From Chloroflexota bacterium (GTDB lineage Bacteria; Chloroflexota; Dehalococcoidia; CAUJGQ01): DNA of 64,000 nucleotides. The position numbers were made by a program, and so were the translations under genes. The DNA lies in NCBI GenBank assembly GCA_036741355.1, contig DAINSK010000008.1, positions 19,757 through 83,756 of the forward strand, written 5' to 3'. Positions within the stretch are counted from its first letter, which is position 1; every line of letters begins with the position of its first letter. A model generated the notes under the pieces. It was not told the DNA's origin, ran no database searches, and worked only from the letters and a program-made list of their open reading frames with translations. Below, one piece after another: positions 55,020 to 64,000 of the stretch.

Positions 55020-56606
55020 TTACCTGCGCAGATCCGGATCCGTCTGGGTGGCGCGAGTTCGGATCGTATAGACGCCGTCGCCGCTCAGCACGCCCCCACG
55101 CGAAAAAAGCCGGCCGTTCTCCCAGTTCGAGAGACCGAGTTCTGGCCGGCCGAGCGCGTACTGGCCGTCCACCCAACGCGTAAAACCGTTGCCGACAAAC
55201 GGCGCGTCGATGCGCTCAAAGAAGCGCTGCTCGGCATCCGAGTCAGCGCTAATGAAGCTGGCAGCCAGACGGGGACTGCGCGTGTTGAAGAGCGAAATCG
55301 CTTCGTCGACGGCGTCGACGATGACTAGAGTCACTTCCGGTGACTCTTCCCATTCCCACTCTCGGCCGATCTGCTGGGCCGAAAGCGTCTCCGCCCGCGG
55401 CTCTTCGACATCGCCCTCGGCGCGGCGTAACGTCACCGACGTGCTGAACCAGCCTTCGGGAACGTAGCATTCGCCGCCCGCGACCACATGCAGCTTGCAG
55501 CCGTGGTCCCGGCGCTCGCCGGCCTGGAGCAGACTCTCGAGGAACGCGGGAACGAGGTCCCCCACGCGATCTCTCGGGATGCAGCAGACGTTGAGCGTGT
55601 TGCAGACTTTGCGATCGAGCGAGTTGTAGACGGCCGCGGCGAACCGCTCCACAGGGGCCGTCGAGTCGGCAACGATCCAGGCGCCGCCGGTACCGTGGAC
55701 CGATACGGAAATCCCTGTCTGTCGAGCGACGCTCGCGAGCTGGGCCACGGCGGCGCCCGATCCGCGTGCCACGGCGAGCGCCAGCCTTCTATCCGAGAAC
55801 ATCGCCCAACCGGCGGCGTGGTCGGCGCTATCGACGAGCGAAGCGGCGCCCGCTGGAAGCCCGGCGGCTTCAAGCGCGGGATCGAGCGCGTGTTCGACGA
55901 TTGCACGTGCGGTGCCCAGCGCGTCGCTGCCGATACGAAAGACGACCGTATTGCCGTTACGCAGCACGCCGGTCGCGTCCGCAAAAACGTTGGGACGGCC
56001 CTCGAAAACGTAGCCGATCACGCCGAGTCCGGCGATCACCTGCTCGACGGTCAGCCCCTCGCGCTGCACGGTTTCAATGACCTTGCCGCGCTGCGTCGGC
56101 GCATCGCGCCACTCTCGCAGCCCGGCGACCATATCGCCGCGCATTTTGTCCGAAACCGCCAACCTGGTTGTCGAACGTCCGCGCTTCCGCGCGCTCTCTA
56201 CGTCACGTCCGTTAGCCGTCGATATCTCGGCCCACACGCTGTCATCCTGGAGGAGCAACGCGAACTCTTCGAAAAAGCGCGTAATAGCGTCGTCGCCGAC
56301 CAGATTCATACCAGCAAATGCTTGTTGGGCGCGGAGCACGGCCGCCGACGCCACCTCTTGCTGCTCGAGGGGGATGAGCAACACGTCGCCGCTCTCCTCC
56401 ACGACAAGCAACCGGTCTCCCGGGCGGAATCGCATCGCGATCGGCGCCGGAACAAAGGTGACTTTGTCGCCGCCGTACACGATCGGCATGCCCGCCGCTA
56501 CTTCGGTCAGCGCCACGGTGTTGGTCATGGAGTCTCGACTCGGCCGCCCATATTGCGGCCATGCCAGTTTATAGAAATCTAACACCGTTGCCATGCTTGC
56601 CACCAC
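55020..56606 (-). CDS. glutamate-5-semialdehyde dehydrogenase (ProA)-like aldehyde dehydrogenase with an N-terminal extension of about 100 aa
   Basis: IGYVFEGRPNVFADATGVLRNGNTVVFRIGSDAL matches the ProA core (IGVIYESRPNVTVDAA.L.LKSGNAVILRGG). There is a Cys region VCNTLNVCCI. The N-terminal 100 aa (GDKVTFVPAPIAMRFRPGDRLLVVEESGDVLLIP) resembles an AbrB/swapped-hairpin-like beta domain. Confidence 0.6.
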   Translation of the reverse strand: MVASMATVLDFYKLAWPQYGRPSRDSMTNTVALTEVAAGMPIVYGGDKVTFVPAPIAMRFRPGDRLLVVEESGDVLLIPLEQQEVASAAVLRAQQAFAGMNLVGDDAITRFFEEFALLLQDDSVWAEISTANGRDVESARKRGRSTTRLAVSDKMRGDMVAGLREWRDAPTQRGKVIETVQREGLTVEQVIAGLGVIGYVFEGRPNVFADATGVLRNGNTVVFRIGSDALGTARAIVEHALDPALEAAGLPAGAASLVDSADHAAGWAMFSDRRLALAVARGSGAAVAQLASVARQTGISVSVHGTGGAWIVADSTAPVERFAAAVYNSLDRKVCNTLNVCCIPRDRVGDLVPAFLESLLQAGERRDHGCKLHVVAGGECYVPEGWFSTSVTLRRAEGDVEEPRAETLSAQQIGREWEWEESPEVTLVIVDAVDEAISLFNTRSPRLAASFISADSDAEQRFFERIDAPFVGNGFTRWVDGQYALGRPELGLSNWENGRLFSRGGVLSGDGVYTIRTRATQTDPDLRR

Positions 56607-56692
56607 AGACGCCGACCGGCCGGCTGCAGTCGCCGGGCGTTCGATCGGGTTCGCTTTATGAAACGCAAACAGGGTGCTTCTGTTACAAAATA

Positions 56693-58303
56693 TTAATGTC
56701 GTTCGTATACGATGGTACCCGACGAAACGGTCAACTCCACGGGAACATCGCGCACTTCCGTGGCCGGTACCTGCTCGAGGTCTGCTCCGAGGACGACGAG
56801 GTCCGCCAGCTTGCCCGGCTCGATCGTGCCCTTCTCCCTTTCCGCGAACTCTGCGTAGGCTGGATTGGCGGTATACATGCGCAGCCCTTCGGCCAGCGTG
56901 ACCCGCTCATCGTCTCCGCACGTTTGACCGGCGCGTGTCAGCCGCAACAGGGCGCTCTGCAGTCCGTGCAGTGGGCGGTAGTCGGTGACCGGCGAATCGC
57001 TCGACCCACAAACGTGAACGCCGCGTCTCAGCAGGCTTTTCGCCGGAAACATGGTGCGCACACGCTCTGGTCCGTAGTTCGACAGGTAGCCGTCTCCGAA
57101 CTCCCAGAAGAACGCCAGCTGCATGGCGGGACTGACGCCCAGGTGCTCGATACGCTCCTGCAGGTCGGGAGGGCAGATGGCGCAGTGTTCGATGCGGGGC
57201 CGCGGATCCGCCCGCGGAACGGCGTCGAAAGCGCGCTCCAGCGCCGTTAGCCCGGACTCGATCGCGCGGTCGCCCACGGCGTGCATCGTGCACTGAAAGC
57301 CGGCGCGGTGTGCGCGATCCATGAACGCGTCGAGCTGTTCCTGCGTCCAATATAGGATGCCGCGGTCTTTGCCGGTCGGGTCGGAACTGTACGGTTGACG
57401 CGTCGCGGCGGTCGGCCCTGATGAAGAACCGTCGGTCATCACTTTGAATGCGCCCAGCCGAAGGCGCCGGTCGCCGAATCCCGTTTGTAGGCCTGTTTCG
57501 AGGAACCTCAGTCCTTCGTCGGTACCAAGCGCGACCCACACCATGTAGTAGAGCCGGACCATCAATTCGCCTGCCCGGTTCAACTGTTGCAGCGCCGGCA
57601 GCTCCGGACCGGCCATCGCGCCGGCATTGTGGACACTCGTCAAACCGGCAGCCAAATAGTCGGCGTTTGCCATCCGCAGCCCCTCGAGCATCTCGTCGAG
57701 GCCGAGGCCGCTCACGGCCTGAAGCGGACCCTGGGCGGCGTCATACGCCACGCCGAGGTTGCGTCCGCCTTCCCGATCGTATCGGCCGCCGGGTGGGTCA
57801 GGAGTCCCGTCGTCAATGCCCGCCAGCGCGAGCGCACGGCTGTTTGCGGCGACAATGTGGCCGCAGGTGCGTGTAAGCAGCACCGGATGCTCGGTTGTCA
57901 CGGCGTCGAGGTCGAAGCGGTTGGGGTGGCGCCGCTCCTCGAGGTTCAAGTGGTTGTACCCCTGGCCGCGGATCCACGTTCCCGGCGGCAGGAGCGCAGC
58001 TTTTTGGTGCACTGCCTCCTGCAGCGCCTTGATGCTGCCCATTCCTTCAGCCTTGCAGTCGATGCCGAGCCTGCTAGCGCCATACGAGCCGAAGTGGGCA
58101 TGCGCGTCGATCAGGCCGGGGGTAAGGGTTCGGCCTCGCAGGTCGATGCCCGCGCCGCGGGCCAGCGACCGTATCTCAGCATCGCTTCCAACAGCCAGGA
58201 TGCGGTCGCCTCGAATCGCGACCGCTTCCGCCACGCGATTTCTGCGATCAACCGTGTGGACCCGGCCGTTAAAAAAGAGCAGGTCGGCCTTGTCAGCATC
58301 CAT
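56693..58303 (-). CDS. amidohydrolase-3-family metal-dependent hydrolase
   Basis: LTPGLIDAHAHFGSYG is the HxH motif. The C-terminus DHPVLLTRTCGH and the remainder match the Amidohydro_3 architecture. Confidence 0.8.
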   Translation of the reverse strand: MDADKADLLFFNGRVHTVDRRNRVAEAVAIRGDRILAVGSDAEIRSLARGAGIDLRGRTLTPGLIDAHAHFGSYGASRLGIDCKAEGMGSIKALQEAVHQKAALLPPGTWIRGQGYNHLNLEERRHPNRFDLDAVTTEHPVLLTRTCGHIVAANSRALALAGIDDGTPDPPGGRYDREGGRNLGVAYDAAQGPLQAVSGLGLDEMLEGLRMANADYLAAGLTSVHNAGAMAGPELPALQQLNRAGELMVRLYYMVWVALGTDEGLRFLETGLQTGFGDRRLRLGAFKVMTDGSSSGPTAATRQPYSSDPTGKDRGILYWTQEQLDAFMDRAHRAGFQCTMHAVGDRAIESGLTALERAFDAVPRADPRPRIEHCAICPPDLQERIEHLGVSPAMQLAFFWEFGDGYLSNYGPERVRTMFPAKSLLRRGVHVCGSSDSPVTDYRPLHGLQSALLRLTRAGQTCGDDERVTLAEGLRMYTANPAYAEFAEREKGTIEPGKLADLVVLGADLEQVPATEVRDVPVELTVSSGTIVYERH

Positions 58304-58434
58304 CACAGTCTCGCGTGGCATGTCTTAACCTCCCAGAGTCGTCGGGAATCCGGTCCAGCAAGCATAGTCCGCGGTAGTAGACAGTAGGCAAGTCGTTGCC
58401 TTGCCCGGCTGCTCCCATTTATGATCCCTGCGTT

Positions 58435-60627
58435 ATGCCACTGACCCCCGTCTCCGATCAACAAATTCGCGAAGAGCTAAGCTCGACGTTTGGGTACTCG
58501 AGCTTCCGGCCGCTGCAGGAAGAGATCGTACGGTCGATCCTTGACGGCCGCGACGTCTTCGTCCTCATGCCCACCGGCGGCGGCAAGTCGCTGTGCTACC
58601 AGTTGCCCGCCCTGCTGCAGGACGGCCTGACCGTGGTCGTCTCGCCGCTCATCGCGCTGATGAAGGACCAGGTAGATGTCCTTCACGAGCTTGGCGTGCC
58701 GGCCACCTTCATCAATAGCTCGCTGGACTCCAGGGAGATCTCCAGGCGACAGGCAAAAGTAGCGCGGGGCGAGATAAAGCTGCTTTACGTCGCGCCCGAA
58801 CGGCTCATGCTGCCTGCCTTCCTGCACCTGCTCGCCAACACAAAGTTACGTTGTATCGCCATCGACGAGGCGCACTGCATCTCTGAGTGGGGGCACGACT
58901 TCCGCCCCGAATATCGCGAACTGACGCGCCTGCGGCGCCTCTTTCCTTCCGCCACCTTTGCCGCCTTCACGGCCACGGCTACGCAACGCGTCCAGGCCGA
59001 CATCGTGCAGCAGTTGGGGCTGCAGGGCGCCGCTGCCTTTCGCCGCAGCTTCAACCGACCAAATCTGTTCTACGAGGTGCGGCCGAAAAAGGACGCCTAC
59101 CGTCAATTGCTGTCCTATCTCCATCAGCGTGGGCGCGCGTCGGGCATTATCTACTGCCAGAGTCGCGCGGGCACCGAGACGTTGGCGGCAAAGCTGCATT
59201 CCGCCGGCTTCAGCGCAACCGCCTACCACGCGGGACTCGAGGCAAACGACCGAAGACGGCGACAAGAGGCGTTCATCCGCGACGACGTCGCGATCGTGGT
59301 GGCGACCATCGCCTTTGGCATGGGCATCGATAAGCCCGACGTGCGCTTTGTCGTTCACTACGACCTCCCGAAGAACCTCGCCGGCTTCTACCAGGAGAGC
59401 GGACGCGCCGGCCGGGATGGCGAGCCGAGCGACTGCATCCTCTTCTATAGCTACGGCGACGTGATGAAATACCAGCGTTTCATCGACGAAATCTCGTCGC
59501 CGGTCGAGAAGGACGTTGCCCGTCGTCAACTAAAACAGATGGCCGACTGGGCCGCGAACGCCGTCTGCAGGCGACGAGCCCTGCTTGCCTATTTCGACGA
59601 ACAGTTCGAAGGGCAACCCGACCCGTGTTGCGACGTATGTCGCGAGCCGGCTGAGATACGGCCCAGCGTCGATCGAACCGAACTGGTGCGCTTGTTCCTC
59701 GATTGCGCGCGTCGCACCGGCGAGCGTTTTGGTGCGGCGTACCTGGTCGGAATCCTGCGCGGCTCTCGCGATGAACGGGTACAGCGGCTACGGCACGATA
59801 CGCTTCCCATGCACGGAGCGGGACAAAACGTTTCCGCGGACGAGTGGCGTCACCTGGTAGACCAGGTGCTCGCCGAACGTTACGCACGCCGCGCTGAAGA
59901 CGACTACAACGCGATCAAAATCACCGAGCGGGGCCGGAGCGTGCTGGCCGGCGACGAGCAAGTTCTGCTCGCACAGATGCCGAAGGGCCGCAGCTATACA
60001 ACCGGCAGTGACGGCGGGCCGGTCGTCAACGCCGACCTGTTCGAGGAGCTACGTGGCCTTCGCAAACGTCTGGCCGACCAGCATCAGGTGCCGCCGTACG
60101 CGGTGTTCCACGACGCTACTCTGCGCCAGATGACCGCAACACTTCCAGGAAGTCGGGACCAGTTCCTGCGCATCCAGGGCGTCGGCGCGGCCAAAGCGAA
60201 CACCTACGGCGGGGCGTTTCTCCAAACGATCGAGGAGTACGTGAAACGCACCGGCGCACGGCCGGTCGCAACAACGGCAGTGGCTCCGGAAGCGCCGAGG
60301 GTCCGGCGGGAGCCCGGAGGAATGACCCCCACGGTTCGAACAACGCTCCGCATGTTCGACGAAGGGCACAGCCCGCTCGCGATCGCCGCGGCGCGCGGGC
60401 TCGGGCTCTCGACGGTGGAAAGCTATCTGGCCGAGGCGATCGAGGGCGGCGACCTGGCGGATATCGACCGGCTCGTTAGTCCGGCCAAGCGCCTACGAAT
60501 CGAAGCCGCGATTGCCGAACTGGGACCGACGGCGTTAAAACCGCTTCTGGAATATGTCGGCGACGGATACAGCTACGGTGAGCTCAAATACGTGCGCGCG
60601 GCACTGAAACGGTTCTCAGGGCAATAG
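58435..60627 (+). CDS. recQ: ATP-dependent DNA helicase RecQ
   Basis: FGYSSFRPLQEEIV...VLMPTGGGKSLCYQLPAL...IDEAHCISEWGHDFRPEY. Zn-binding C-x-C-D-x-C, RQC, HRDC and an extra C-terminal helix-rich domain. Confidence 0.93.
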   Translation: MPLTPVSDQQIREELSSTFGYSSFRPLQEEIVRSILDGRDVFVLMPTGGGKSLCYQLPALLQDGLTVVVSPLIALMKDQVDVLHELGVPATFINSSLDSREISRRQAKVARGEIKLLYVAPERLMLPAFLHLLANTKLRCIAIDEAHCISEWGHDFRPEYRELTRLRRLFPSATFAAFTATATQRVQADIVQQLGLQGAAAFRRSFNRPNLFYEVRPKKDAYRQLLSYLHQRGRASGIIYCQSRAGTETLAAKLHSAGFSATAYHAGLEANDRRRRQEAFIRDDVAIVVATIAFGMGIDKPDVRFVVHYDLPKNLAGFYQESGRAGRDGEPSDCILFYSYGDVMKYQRFIDEISSPVEKDVARRQLKQMADWAANAVCRRRALLAYFDEQFEGQPDPCCDVCREPAEIRPSVDRTELVRLFLDCARRTGERFGAAYLVGILRGSRDERVQRLRHDTLPMHGAGQNVSADEWRHLVDQVLAERYARRAEDDYNAIKITERGRSVLAGDEQVLLAQMPKGRSYTTGSDGGPVVNADLFEELRGLRKRLADQHQVPPYAVFHDATLRQMTATLPGSRDQFLRIQGVGAAKANTYGGAFLQTIEEYVKRTGARPVATTAVAPEAPRVRREPGGMTPTVRTTLRMFDEGHSPLAIAAARGLGLSTVESYLAEAIEGGDLADIDRLVSPAKRLRIEAAIAELGPTALKPLLEYVGDGYSYGELKYVRAALKRFSGQ

Positions 60628-60635
60628 GAAAGGCA

Positions 60636-60974
60636 GTGACAATGGCAAAGATTCCGTATGTGCTGGAAATGGGCATGGGCGTTGACGTCCACGGCGGCGA
60701 CTCTACCAAGGCCGCGTGCCGTGCCGTTTCAGACGCGATCCGCCACTCGAGCCTGCCATTGTTGCAAGAAGTTCGCAGCCGCGGCGGGAAAATGTACGTG
60801 GACGTTACGGTTGGTGTGCCGGACCCGATCAACGTGGACACCGATACGGTGAAGCGCGAGCTGCCGCACGGAGAGATCACCGTGCGCGCCGTGGTGGGAG
60901 GCCTGCAGGTGCCCCATGGCGACATGGTCATCGCCTGCGCTGCCATCGTCGTCAGTGTGGAGTATCCAGAATAG
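60636..60974 (+). CDS. Lin0512-family small protein
   Basis: MAKIPYVLEMGMGVDVHGGDSTKAACRAVSDAI...GEITVRAVVGGLQVPHGDMVIACAAIVVSVEYPE matches the Lin0512_fam pattern. Confidence 0.55.
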   Translation: MTMAKIPYVLEMGMGVDVHGGDSTKAACRAVSDAIRHSSLPLLQEVRSRGGKMYVDVTVGVPDPINVDTDTVKRELPHGEITVRAVVGGLQVPHGDMVIACAAIVVSVEYPE

Positions 60975-61151
60975 CGCCAATTGCCGCTGCACGAGTAATT
61001 CCACACCTGGCTAGTCGTACTCCTTACGCGGATCGTCCGGCCCTTGCGCGTTATAGCGATCGATGTGTTTGAGAGCGCAGTCTGGGATCGGTGGATAGGC
61101 GCTGCTTTTCGGGCGTAACTCCCCGAATCCATCACAGTAAGGAGGGATTAC

Positions 61152-61649
61152 ATGCTAAACAGGCATGAATCAACAGGCGTTTCCGAACGAGAGGTGATTG
61201 GGCCGCCGTGGAGCCCAGCACAGATCGTCGCGCTCGTGTTCGGGGTCTTTTACCTGATCCTTGGCGCACTGGCCCTGGCGCGAGGCGGCGTTTCCGCGGA
61301 CGGGTTTACTACCACACACGTGAACGTGATGGGATTCGACCACACGCCGCTGCTCGGTATGATCGAGTTTGCCTTTGGTCTGCTCATGATCATGGCGGGT
61401 GCCGTTCCCGGCGCCGGGCGCGGCATGATGGCATTCCTGGGTACGCTCGCTCTCGGATTCGGCGTCGTCGTTCTCGCCGCGTCCGCGTCGCTGTATGACA
61501 CGCTCGGCGTACATGAAGCTAACGGCTGGCTCTACCTGATAACCGGTGTGATTACCCTCGTGGCCGCTATTGCTGCTCCAATCATCTTCAGCGGATCGCG
61601 GCACACGGTTGCCTATGACCACGACGTAGCCAGTTCCGCCCGACACTAA
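61152..61649 (+). CDS. small integral membrane protein (four TM helices)
   Basis: Hydrophobic helices are IVALVFGVFYLILGALALA, LLGMIEFAFGLLMIMAGAV, MMAFLGTLALGFGVVVLAA and WLYLITGVITLVAAIAAPIIF. There is a strong RBS AAGGAGGG. Confidence 0.6.
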   Translation: MLNRHESTGVSEREVIGPPWSPAQIVALVFGVFYLILGALALARGGVSADGFTTTHVNVMGFDHTPLLGMIEFAFGLLMIMAGAVPGAGRGMMAFLGTLALGFGVVVLAASASLYDTLGVHEANGWLYLITGVITLVAAIAAPIIFSGSRHTVAYDHDVASSARH

Positions 61650-61652
61650 TTA

Positions 61653-61688
61653 GGAGCCGCCCGCCGCTACTCCGCGGCGGGCGGCTCC
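61653..61688. terminator. perfect 15-bp GC palindrome (ggagccgcccgccgc-tactcc-gcggcgggcggctcc) between convergent genes
   Basis: Seen directly in the sequence, 4 nt after the stop at 61649 and overlapping the last codons of the minus-strand gene. No U-tract follows. Confidence 0.35.
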
Positions 61689-61954
61689 CGTTCGTGCTGA
61701 CGGTGCTCCACCAGTCCCCTGACCTCCGCGGCGCCATCGTCGGTTTTGACTCGCACCGTGAAACGCGAGGGAGTCACATTCGGGCCGTGGTCGTGGTCGT
61801 GCTCGATGAGCTGGCGAATCTGCTGCGCCAGGCGCTCGGGTGACGCTGGCTGATGTGGCACGTCCTGCCATTCGACCGTCACAAAGTAGACTTGATGCTC
61901 GGGCCACGGAGGCGAGGGCGCACCCTCGCCGGCATCAGGCGTGGGTTGGCTCAT
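61667..61954 (-). CDS. hypothetical small protein
   Basis: 95-aa ORF, convergent with the membrane protein. No recognisable domain. Confidence 0.35.
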   Translation of the reverse strand: MSQPTPDAGEGAPSPPWPEHQVYFVTVEWQDVPHQPASPERLAQQIRQLIEHDHDHGPNVTPSRFTVRVKTDDGAAEVRGLVEHRQHEREPPAAE

Positions 61955-62124
61955 AGACGGCTCCCTGCCAGTAACGTGACTATCGCGGCGATGACCTCGC
62001 CATTCTACGAGTGTTGTGCACGCCGTGCCACCGGTGTATCTCCCTCCGTAATGGTCGCAATACCAACGTGCTGCTGACCGTCGTCGGCGGCGAGGTCGTT
62101 TTCGAGGGCTGACTACCGGACGTG

Positions 62125-62769
62125 TCAGATTGTGTTGATAGCCCGCGCCGCCAGTACGCCGATGACGACGAGTGATATGAGGCCTTGAACCATCATCAGC
62201 AGCTTTGCCCGTTGGGAGAGTACCAGCGTGTCCGTCGGGCTGAATGCGGTGCTCGTGTTGAACGCCAGGAACATATAATCCAGGAAGTGCGGCATCCAGG
62301 CGTGCAGACGTTCGGACGGATCCTGCTGAAACTGCGGGAAGACAAAGTCCTGGCTGTGATAATTGTCCATTCTCCGCGCCCGCGGTCCACCGCCGTCGAT
62401 CTCCCAGTACCAGCAGCCGAACGCCAGGACGTTCGCAACCCAGATCAGGGCTGCCTGTTTCAGAAGGTCTTCACCAGGAATTTTGCTGGACGGGAGACGC
62501 GTCACCAGAAAGAACGCGCTCAAGGCGACCGCGACAGTAACCAGGCCCGTCGCTGCGTGCCCCAGCCAGTGCGAGGTGTCTGTTCTCCCAAGCTGGTGAA
62601 ACAGCAGCAGGACGACGACGAGCAGTCCGACGGCCGCAAGCATCAGCCAGGGCGGACCCAGCCGCAGCCGTGAAGGCAGCGCCATATACATGAGACTGAT
62701 GGCGACCAGCGCAATGGCCGCGGGCCAGCGGGGAACCACCGGATGCCGAAATTCGCGAACGAACGACAT
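62125..62769 (-). CDS. DUF1345-like integral membrane protein
   Basis: Four TM helices and a conserved-looking WYWEIDGGGP...FLDYMFLAFNTSTAFSPTD segment. Confidence 0.5.
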   Translation of the reverse strand: MSFVREFRHPVVPRWPAAIALVAISLMYMALPSRLRLGPPWLMLAAVGLLVVVLLLFHQLGRTDTSHWLGHAATGLVTVAVALSAFFLVTRLPSSKIPGEDLLKQAALIWVANVLAFGCWYWEIDGGGPRARRMDNYHSQDFVFPQFQQDPSERLHAWMPHFLDYMFLAFNTSTAFSPTDTLVLSQRAKLLMMVQGLISLVVIGVLAARAINTI

Positions 62770-62817
62770 GGCCCGTGCCTCTGTGGTGCAGTGTTGTTCA
62801 GGCGTCGCTAATCCCGG

Positions 62818-63963
62818 CTAACCGCCGGCGATGGGCGTGCCCGCAAAGCGCGGCATGACTTTGGTCTGGAACAACTCGAGCGAGCGCATGATCTTTGCAT
62901 GCGGCACCAGGCCGTTATATTGCCAGGCGAACAGCCATTGCACCGGCGTTGCGGCGAGCATCCGCTCCATCTGGCGCGTCACGGTGTCCACAGAGCCTAC
63001 GAGCAGTAGCCCCTGCTCCATCATTTCTTGCGGGGTCAGCCGCTGCCCGTTGCGTTCGGGGTCTTGCAGCACGTCGCCGAAGTGGAATGGCGCAAACCAG
63101 GCCGCTCCACAGAACGCGGCACCGTGGCTCCACATTTCCATCGCCTCCGCGTCAGTCTCGGCGACGATCACGTCGCGCAAGACGCCCAGCCCTTCGCCGG
63201 GTTGAAGCTCACGGCCGTTCTTGTCCGCCTCATCGCGATAGATCTCGTACAGCCGGTTCTGCAGGCCGACGTACATCGGCGGCAGGATGGCGGTCACGCC
63301 CTCGCGCGAGCACCAGCGGATCGTGTTCTCGCTCGACGCGAACGGCTGGAAGATCGGCGGATGCGGCTGCTGAACCGGTTTAGGCACAATGCCGATCTGG
63401 CGCACGATGTTGTCCTCGCCCAGCCCCGCGCCCCAGCTGCGCGTCGCCTCCAGATCCCAGGGCGTCCCGTCGGGCGGAATCTGCCAGTACTTGCCATGGT
63501 ACTCGAGCATGTCCTCAGTCCAGGCGCGCTTGATGATGCGGAAGTGCTCCTCGAACGCCTCGCGGTTTGCCTGGTCGATGGCGTCGTGTTGGCCGGGAGT
63601 GGCGCCGTGAATGCCGTGCAACTGCTGCGCCATCACGTCTACCCACCGCCGCTGGTAGCCACGCGCGAAGCCGGCGTTGGCGCGGCCCCCGCTCATATGG
63701 TCCAACATGGCGATATCTTCCGCGACACGCAGGGGGTTCTGCGCGGGCAAGACGATGCCAAGCTGACCGACGCGGATGCGTTTTGTGTTCAGCGCGACGA
63801 ACAGGTCCAGCATCACCGGGTTGTTAGAAAGCTCGAAGCCCTCGATGTGGAAATGGTGCTCGGTGAATGAGATCGAGTTATAGCCGAGATCGTCGGCGAG
63901 CTGCGCCTGCTCTTTGACCTCGGCGAGCATCCGCTGATAGAGGTCTCGGCGCAGACCGGCCAT
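62818..63963 (-). CDS. LLM-class flavin-dependent oxidoreductase (luciferase-like monooxygenase)
   Basis: LGYNSISFTEHHFHIEGFE...RIRVGQLGIVLP are the LLM TIM-barrel motifs. The start is at 63963. Confidence 0.8.
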   Translation of the reverse strand: MAGLRRDLYQRMLAEVKEQAQLADDLGYNSISFTEHHFHIEGFELSNNPVMLDLFVALNTKRIRVGQLGIVLPAQNPLRVAEDIAMLDHMSGGRANAGFARGYQRRWVDVMAQQLHGIHGATPGQHDAIDQANREAFEEHFRIIKRAWTEDMLEYHGKYWQIPPDGTPWDLEATRSWGAGLGEDNIVRQIGIVPKPVQQPHPPIFQPFASSENTIRWCSREGVTAILPPMYVGLQNRLYEIYRDEADKNGRELQPGEGLGVLRDVIVAETDAEAMEMWSHGAAFCGAAWFAPFHFGDVLQDPERNGQRLTPQEMMEQGLLLVGSVDTVTRQMERMLAATPVQWLFAWQYNGLVPHAKIMRSLELFQTKVMPRFAGTPIAGG

Positions 63964-64000
63964 CCCCTGCTCAATCTCTTCTCGGGAACCAATGGATGGG

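Noticed and set aside
61653-61688. Treating the 15-bp perfect palindrome as another member of the repeat family
   Set aside because: Its sequence (ggagccgcccgccgc) is unrelated to the CCCCTCTCC core. It sits precisely between convergent genes and overlaps one stop, which fits better with a local bidirectional terminator-like hairpin.

Overview
This is a gene-dense, high-GC (about 65-67%) bacterial chromosomal segment dominated by housekeeping genes. In order it carries an M24 aminopeptidase 3' end, efp, xseA-xseB, a PHP phosphoesterase, a formyltransferase-like gene, rluB-cmk-plsC, a PDZ/radical-SAM (DUF512-like) gene, glmS, a secreted PKD-repeat protein, dgt, a CARDB-like protein, dnaG-rpoD, an FmdB zinc-ribbon gene, mazG/yabN-like, mscS, pcrA, tRNA-Phe(GAA), several metabolic oxidoreductases and hydrolases, a TetR-controlled NitT/TauT-type ABC transporter fused in an operon with a UbiA/MenA-type prenyltransferase and a FIST sensor, an acyl-CoA synthetase, a ProA-like aldehyde dehydrogenase, recQ, and two luciferase-like monooxygenases. 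Composition and gene content are compatible with a Chloroflexi/Thermomicrobia-like or actinobacterial genome, but the source organism cannot be determined from sequence alone. Three things are not explained by ordinary gene content. First, a dispersed family of GC-rich palindromic repeats has at least seven copies. Two pairs sit in inverted orientation and bracket short segments like MITE terminal inverted repeats, and one pair encloses a frameshifted DUF559 endonuclease-like gene. Second, a decayed accessory island lies directly 3' of tRNA-Phe. It holds a nucleotidyltransferase with a truncated HEPN partner, catalytically dead Lon-like protease fragments, an orphan AbrB-like antitoxin, a VapBC-like pair and AT-rich promoter patches. 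Third, a secreted Pro-rich protein is split by a single in-frame TAA. No CRISPR array, rRNA, integrase or transposase is visible. Coordinates derived from the ORF track are exact. Hand-located RNA, repeat and promoter coordinates may be off by 1-2 nt.
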